64,000 nt of DNA from Amphiscolops sp. MND2022. Lineage: Eukaryota. The notes beneath the pieces were generated by a model, which searched no databases, was not told where the DNA came from, and saw only the letters and a program-made list of their open reading frames with translations. Both the position numbers and the translations under genes were made by a program. Each line of letters starts with the position of its first letter. The stretch's first letter is position 1. Location of the stretch: assembly GCA_964187785.1 (NCBI GenBank), contig OZ076409.1, forward strand, positions 33,666,001-33,730,000, in the 5' to 3' direction. Shown here in pieces: positions 57,401-64,000 of the stretch.

Positions 57401-59589
57401 AGATACGGAAGCTGCAAAAGAATTGGTCCACAATTTAATCACCGAGCTGCAGAAACATGGAATGGAACTACGCAAATGGACAAGTAATGACAATACAATT
57501 ACGCTCTCCCTTCCTGAAGGCTCACGGGAAAGTTCCGGAACCAAGATAATCGACTAAGATTATCAAATCAAAGCATTAGGCATCCACTGGCATCCGAATC
57601 AAGATGTATTCAAGTTCAAGGTCAATATGGAAGATATCAAAAATCATTCGAAACGAACTTTGCTGTCGGACACATCAAAACTTTTTGATCCTAATGGTTA
57701 GCTCGGTCCTATCATCATCAGATACAAGTGACTTCTACAGTTGACATGGACACTTGGTCTTGACTGGGACTCGAATTTGCCGGAAGAATAAAACAGAATT
57801 GGTTAGCTTCACGTAACAACCTCCGTGAATTGGAGCAACTCGAAATTCCTCGTTGCGTTTTGCCAACAGGTGAGGTAGAAGAGTTACACTTGCACCTTTT
57901 CACAGACGCCAGCGGGAAAGCTTACTCCGCTAATGTGTACAGCAGAATTTTATCAACAGATGGATCAATCGCTGGTAATTTTTTGGTTGCTAAAACAAGA
58001 GTAGCCCCAGTCAAAGCCGTCAGTATGCCAGGCCTGGAACTTTGCGGCGCGCATTTGGGGACATCTTTGATCCAAACTGTTCAAGAATACTTCGAATCGT
58101 TGAAAATGTCTGGGATTCCCATCAAATGTCACGGATGGACGGATTCTACAATCAATTTGCAATGGTTGAGCCAATTACCCCGTAGGTGGAACACCTTTGT
58201 GACATCGTGTGTACGAGATACAAGAAACGCTACCACGCCAGTTCTGGAAACATGTTAGTTCATCATTCAATCCGGTGGATCTTTCTTCGCGTGAAATAAG
58301 TGTTTCTGATCTCAATTACATCGAAACTATGGTGGCACGCACCTGTTTTTGTGCAGACCAAGGAAGACAATTGGCCACAACAGCCAGATTTAACAGGAAA
58401 TCCACCGGAAAAACGATCTTCAGTTCCAAAGACAATATCCATTGCTACAAAAGCAAAAAATATTGAACGATTCGCAAGACTCTCCAAACTTCTCCGAGTT
58501 GTCGTGTACGTCCTGAAAGCAATCAAGTGCTTCAAGAAGCAGCAATTCGCAGCAACCATACTAGCTGAAGAACTCGGTCAAACAAGGATGATACTTGTGA
58601 AGCAAGAGCAACGTAAGCATCTCGGCAGCGCATTTGAGCAACTTTGTAATGGTGGCAATTTATCGAAACAGCAATTGTTCAACTTGACACCTTTCTTCGA
58701 TCTGGATTGTGAAGTAATCAGAGTCGGGGAGGTTTCACAGAGTAATTTACCGATGCACTTCAAATTTCCTACAATAGTACCGGGGCGGACAGCTCACAAT
58801 GAATGCAAGTCGACAGAAGTATTGGATTCCAGGAGAGAGAAATTTGACAAAAAATGTCATCAAAAATTGTGTAGCATGCAGCCGTTTCAATACGAGTCCG
58901 CCATATCAACTCATGGGCGATCTTCCCACGGAACGAATTACACCAACAAATACTTTCCCTAACACTGGAATGGACTTAGCAGGACCTTTCTTCATCAGAA
59001 AAGATGAAAAATAATTGAAGTGTAATGTTACGCTTTTTGTATGCTTTTAGACAAAGGCAGTCCACTTGGAAATTGTGGATCGTCCAAAAAACGCGCTTGC
59101 CTTTCAGCTTCAAAGCGTTTCATTCACTCCAATCACTCCAAGTCATTTCCTCATCGGACGAGCCATGGATGACCATTCCTTTCAAGGAACCACAGATAAC
59201 ATACCAATCAACAGCCGTTTGAAGTTGCTAGAGATCTTGAAATCATCATTCTGGAAAACCTTGAGCAGAGACTGCCTCGTATCACTTCAAATACGAAAGA
59301 AATGGTTGAAGCATGGCGTACAGTTCAGAAAAAATTACTTGGTACGGATCGCCGAGGATAACGTCAAACCTTTGTGTTGGAAAATGGGAAGAAGTTTGGA
59401 GGAATCCTCAGGCAGTGACAATATCACGCGAGTCGTGAAACTCAAAACAGCAAGAGGTGACATAATACAGACAGTAGTAAAGCTCAGAAAGCTGCCTGTG
59501 GAGCATGAAGAGCAATGAATTCAAAAAGTACTACAATATTCACAACTCCCATATTAAACTACTCACTCCTGAAGTGGTTCCCTCCAAGG
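54475..59589 (+). mobile_element. Decayed BEL/Pao LTR retrotransposon, 3'-truncated (no 3' LTR found); putative 5' LTR ends with CA at 54469
   Basis: tRNA-His-type PBS TGGTGCCGCGACCCGG at 54475; gag LEMPKFDLPKFSG; CFNCLNTGHITKDC; ALLNTGA; FYVDD; FTDASG; WTDST; MDLAGPF; TPSHFLIG; VVKLRKLP. Confidence 0.92.
56311..56795. mobile_element. HINE-like repeat inserted into the BEL pol
   Basis: aaacaagccgggaacggcccaagtaggcgcc ... agcgccaactaaaaa; inserted in an A-run without a TSD. Confidence 0.8.
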
Positions 59590-59989
59590 TCAAAAATAGT
59601 GATTTTTGGTCCAAAATCGAAAAAGTCGCTCCGAACATTGAAAGGACATGCAATGAGCTAGCCAAAAAGCATGGTTGAGTTTACGAGACTCTGTCCAAAG
59701 AAAATGGCAAATTTTTGGAACGTTCATGCTTCACCACCTCTTATAACAAAATTCAACAACTTTTGTTAAAATTTTCAACTCAGGTTGGTTACGCTCAGTA
59801 TTGCAAAACGGTCTTTACGCGTTTTTAAGACCACTGCCCGCACTCCATTCAGATAGGCAACTACTTATATACCCTTCACCTTAAAATTGACTTTTAATGT
59901 CTTCATCAATTTGTTTCTCGTCTCAATGCCTGATCTTGAATGGCTGAAACTTTGCAATTCAACACACTCCAGATACTGACTGCTTATTT

Positions 59990-60800
59990 TACTTTTTCCT
60001 CTAACGGCAACAAACGATGTTCAATATTATCTTGAAAGTAATTCTTGGTTACATGAATATTCAATTTGATCCATTACTTAGTTCTGATTACTCCCAGATT
60101 GCTTACAATGTTTTTCAGACAGACCTTTATTCGGAATATGTACCTCGTGTCAGAGCTAAAATCGTTAAATCACAATTCGGTTTTAAGACTAAGCGAAATA
60201 CAGTAACACAACTGATTCACTATCTCGATGCCCTGTATGATTGTTTGGATCAAAACATCCCCTTTTCTAGTGTTTACTTCGATTTTGCTTTTGACACTGT
60301 GCCTCATGATCTTCTCATCAAAAAGCTCCCAACTTTCGGTTTCCCATAACTTCGGGAGTACCACAAGGCAGTACCATGGGTCCCCTGTTGTTCCTTCTAT
60401 TTATAAATGACTTACCCTCTGTTATTCAATACACATGATTTTCTCTTTGCAGATGATCTCAAACTGATCGCAATACTACCCAACATTGAAACCCAAATGG
60501 ATATCGACAGTCTACAACAATGGGCTGATGATAACGGAATGGAGTTCAATACTACAAAGTTGACGCTTTTCCCTGCTCAAATTCAACGCAACCTTCGGCG
60601 TTACGCCTTGGAGAATACCCATTCATTTCCGTAGATCAAATATTGGATTTAGGTGTCCTGATATCAAAAGATTTAAAATGGAAAGATCACATCTTAAAAG
60701 CAATCCAAAAAGGGATCAAAGTGTTTCAATTTATCAGACGTGTATTACCGTTTAGTCTCTCAACTGGAAAGAAGTTAATGTTGTATAAAACCTTTGGGGT
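59990..60800 (+). pseudogene. CR1/L2-like LINE reverse transcriptase fragment
   Basis: [50 protein letters not shown]. Confidence 0.85.
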
Positions 60801-60829
60801 CGAGTCTGGCCTATTGGTAGCTCTCCTCT

Positions 60830-61370
60830 TTGAAATTGCCTGGTTGAATCATATGCATGTGGCATAGTTTCATTAAGTACTTGTCATTGAGTATAGCCAG
60901 CAGCATCAAGATATCGTCCATTTCCATATAGAGACTGACGAGAAGCTTCAGCTCTTTCAAAATAGCTTTCTTCTGGACCCAAGATCCAATGAGTCGCCAA
61001 TTTTTTAAACTTTCTCTAGTGTTGCAAAATCTGTTTTGTTTGGTAGCCATGTCTGGGAGGCAAAGGATAGGATGGATACTACGTAGCCAGTATATGCGTT
61101 CAATTTCGTTATGATGGACATTTCTGCGAAAGACTTCGCTTGATTTGGAAAAAAGCACCCATTGCTTTGGTTGCACTACTGTTTTCATTCCAGCTAAGGT
61201 TGTTGAGCTAAGGTTATAAGAGCAGAGACTTTGAAGATTCGCAGGTATCTTCACTGCCGGCTGCTGAACCGTGCATAATGGTTGCTTAGGCTGCTTCGAA
61301 GTCAAATGCGAGGAAAGCCTTGAAAAGTACTGAGACTTGCAATGCAAAACGGATCTTATCATGACTTTCA
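60830..61370 (-). pseudogene. Second LINE fragment (RT C-terminus), tail-to-tail with the first
   Basis: Frames read TKAMGAFFQIKR, KLNAYTGYVVSILSFASQTW and SLYMEMDDILMLLAILNDKY, typical of CR1/L2 3' ends. Confidence 0.65.
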
Positions 61371-61404
61371 AATTCGAAACTTCGTAGGTTCAATCTTTAT
61401 AGAA

Positions 61405-61897
61405 AACAACAAGACGGGAACGTCTAAAGTCGGCGCTATATCTGAGGCTCAAAAAGCGCAAGACTTTTTTTTGAAATAAAACTTGAAATTTTGAATTTTT
61501 TTTCTGTCAGAAAATGTCGCATAGTGCCGAAAAACGTAAAAGAGGGGACCCTTTGGGCTTCATTAACGTATATTCTGTTGCAAAATATCAAAAAACTCTA
61601 AAGGGGGACTCTTTTGAGACATTGAAAAATTTTCGAAAAAAAGTCGCACAATACCGAAAAAAATCGAAAGGGGGACCCTTTAGTCTCGTCCGGTTTTGTA
61701 GGTTACGTTAAAATAGTAAAAAATGAAAGGGGGGACCCTTTTGCACTAATTTCCGCTGACCGGACTTGGCCTTATGGTAGTAGTTTCGATTGTAAAAGTG
61801 GCCCAATCAGAGTGAGATTGTAGTCTGACGAAAAAAAAAGAAAAACTAGCCACTGTAAGAGTCGGGCACTTTTCCTCAGAAAAGCGACGACTAAAAA
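61405..61897. mobile_element. HINE-like repeat copy
   Basis: Stem-loop AGACG-GGAA-CGTCT (61412-61425), AGTCGGCGC and terminal hairpin agtcgggcacttttc...gaaaagcgacgactaaaaa. Confidence 0.75.
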
Positions 61898-62085
61898 TAA
61901 CAAATGACAAGATGCTTTCACAAGATTGATGCAGTTTTTCAATGATTAGTTCTATGAAGAAAATACAACCAGTAGAAATATTACAAATTAATTTTGGACA
62001 CATTTACAATGATTTATTTTTTTTTACAAAAAAGTACATATTACACAATTTTATATACCAAACATTAGCTATTAATCAAGGGACT

Positions 62086-62559
62086 TTATCGATTCATACT
62101 GGAGTCAGCTTGTCCACTTGTTCTTAACTCGAAGCATATGCAGTTGATTGCATCAGCATCTTCACCAGTGTAACCAGGTACACAATCGAATCCAGAAAAG
62201 TTACAACAAATCTGTCCATTTGCTCCACATGGTAAACATGACATGCAACCAGCGGCATCGAATTGTTGTTGTCGACAGCAAATATCCAAAGATCTTTTCA
62301 AGCTCGGGGCACGGCAATTCAGAGCTTCAATACATGGCATGAAGCACTCACAGAAACCGGCATCGCCCGAAGCACTTCCGCAAGGCTGCAGATTTTGACA
62401 CATACCTTTCGTCATGATTATCTTTCGTATCACAAGAAAAATCAACACAAGCAAGATGTACAAGCAAACTACAATAATTATAATGCTTTCAATAGAAAGG
62501 GTCAAATCTTTGTCGATGGGGTCTTCTTTGACAATAATTCTGTCATTCTCAGTAGCCAT
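62086..62559 (-). CDS. Uncharacterised single-pass membrane protein with a Cys-rich tail (157 aa)
   Basis: Hydrophobic SIESIIIIVVCLYILLVLIFLVI followed by RK and a Cys-rich tail (CECFMPC, LDICC, CMSCLPC, ICCNF, INCICFE); uninterrupted ATG-to-stop ORF with protein-like composition. Confidence 0.7.
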   Translation of the reverse strand: MATENDRIIVKEDPIDKDLTLSIESIIIIVVCLYILLVLIFLVIRKIIMTKGMCQNLQPCGSASGDAGFCECFMPCIEALNCRAPSLKRSLDICCRQQQFDAAGCMSCLPCGANGQICCNFSGFDCVPGYTGEDADAINCICFELRTSGQADSSMNR

Positions 62560-63595
62560 GACACCTTGAAAGAAAATTTCGAGTCATCCTTGTAAGAAAC
62601 AACCGGAGTATCAACCTTCCCTTTTACCATGGGCGACATGATTAAAGTGGCCGATTTAAGTACGATTAAAGCAGGTTCAAAGACGGAAAAACTTATGAAA
62701 AAATGATATATCAAATGAAAATCAAGAAAAAACAGGCGCAACTGCCATTGCGCCACGGCTCCGAGCAGACGAGCTCTTCGATTTATTCAGCAATGAAAAT
62801 TAGATTCCAGCTCGTGTACAGGGATCATATGCAGGGATTGCAATCAATTGCAAAATGCGATAGAAATTGCATGATAAAAAAATAATTGCTAATTGCAAAT
62901 GCACAATTTTATATGTTAATAATTGCAATTGCTTTTTAGTATCCATCAGAATATCAGAATTTGACAATAAATCTGGTAGAAAAAGCAGCTTGACAGATAT
63001 CAATTGCGTCGTCGGATAGCTTCGCTTAATAAATTCACTGAAGATGACCTCCAATGGATTGTATTTTTGAGAAACAAATTGATTAAAAATGTGTTAAGAA
63101 GCTTTTCGATCATTTGATCATCATCAGTTATCTAAAAATGTACGAATGTTTACAAAGGCTAAAATAGCAACGAATTCATAAAATGGCGAAAGAGATAGAT
63201 ACTATCATAGAAGATTGTATTTTTCTTCTCAAAACGCTATCAAAAGCCTCACTAATTCTGTTTTTTAATCATGATTATTGTTTTTTAAAAATTCCTCTGT
63301 CAGATATCATGGATCTTCGTCATCCAATAAGTGCCATGTGTATCAATATGTTGGGGGGAGAAGACACACACCCGTGGTCTGCAACGAAAGTAGGGAACCA
63401 CATACCAGCCACTATACCAGTAACAATAAAAACAACCGGGTGGGCGGAAGTAGGTCGAAAAAACGGGATCGAAAATCAGAGTTAGTCCTCAGGTAGACAT
63501 ACCAAATTTTTGAATGGGATCGAAACAACTCGGATCGAAATTTTTATAACGTAGTCACATATGTTCACATACCCCTAGTGCCCTGAATGGATGCA

Positions 63596-63672
63596 GGTCA
63601 TTTCGCCTAATGCCATTTCGCCTAAAAATTTAGTTGAGTCATTTCGCCTAAGAAAATTAGGCGAAATGACCA
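63596..63672. repeat. CATTTCGCCTAA direct and inverted short repeat cluster (MITE-like)
   Basis: Three direct (g/c)CATTTCGCCTAA copies followed by inverted TTAGGCGAAATGACC. Confidence 0.6.
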
Positions 63673-63870
63673 AACGGGAATAACGTCTAAATAATCATGT
63701 TTCGAAAAAGGCTTTCTGAAAGCGAAAATATCAAAATGTGGGGCATATGCGGTGTATGCACACTCGCCCTCACCGTCGCAAAGACCAGCTCCCACTACGA
63801 TCGCTTCGCGATCTCCGTTCCCGCTAGGTCTTTGCTCCTGTTCGACCTCGCTTAGCAAGATGGAACATAA

Positions 63871-63898
63871 GCGGCCCCAAGGGGCCGCGGGGCACTAG
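63871..63898 (+). other. Possible Helitron-type 3' terminus (GC hairpin followed by CTAG)
   Basis: GCGGCCCC-AA-GGGGCCGC (63871-63888), then CTAG ending at 63898; the next base is A rather than the usual T. Confidence 0.35.
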
Positions 63899-64000
63899 AA
63901 GGAATGGGACATATCAGAGGCACGTTTTCTATTTTATATCACTTTTCAGTTTTAGATCTTAAACGATTTATTTGTTTTCCAATTTCATGTGTTTTTCACG

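Noticed and set aside
63183-63485. 100-aa plus-strand ORF
   Set aside because: No recognisable motif, and it overlaps repeat-like GGGATCGAAA sequence.
1-64000. Prokaryotic or phage origin, operons, or defence systems
   Set aside because: Spliceosomal introns, eukaryote-specific genes (XRCC1, CCT5) and eukaryotic transposons occur throughout.

Overview
AT-rich eukaryotic (animal, probably invertebrate) genomic DNA dominated by mobile elements. Four host genes are supported: a 3-exon ES1/GATD3-family gene (18344-20331, -), a multi-exon XRCC1 (26723 to beyond 40937, -; first exon not found), an intronless CCT5 (49320-50948, -), and a small Cys-rich single-pass membrane protein (62086-62559, -). 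A structurally complete but decayed Polinton/Maverick spans 3015-17843, with AGTAGT termini, ~200-bp TIRs and a 6-bp CACTGC TSD. It carries pPolB, protease, major and minor capsid, integrase, ATPase and a PC4-like accessory ORF. There are three BEL/Pao LTR retrotransposons. One is very young and intact (31139-38602, identical LTRs), sits in an XRCC1 intron and has a 10x8-aa acidic repeat inside Pol. Also present are CRE-like and CR1/L2-like LINE relics, a hAT MITE, tRNA-derived SINEs and at least 9 copies of a Helentron/HINE-like repeat. The most unusual observation is a JmjC-like (2OG/Fe dioxygenase) reading frame running antisense to gag-pol through the LTR-like terminal repeats of the decayed BEL/Pao element at ~20553-26099. 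The two repeat copies repair each other's frameshifts. All homology calls are from motif recognition by eye; no database searches were run.
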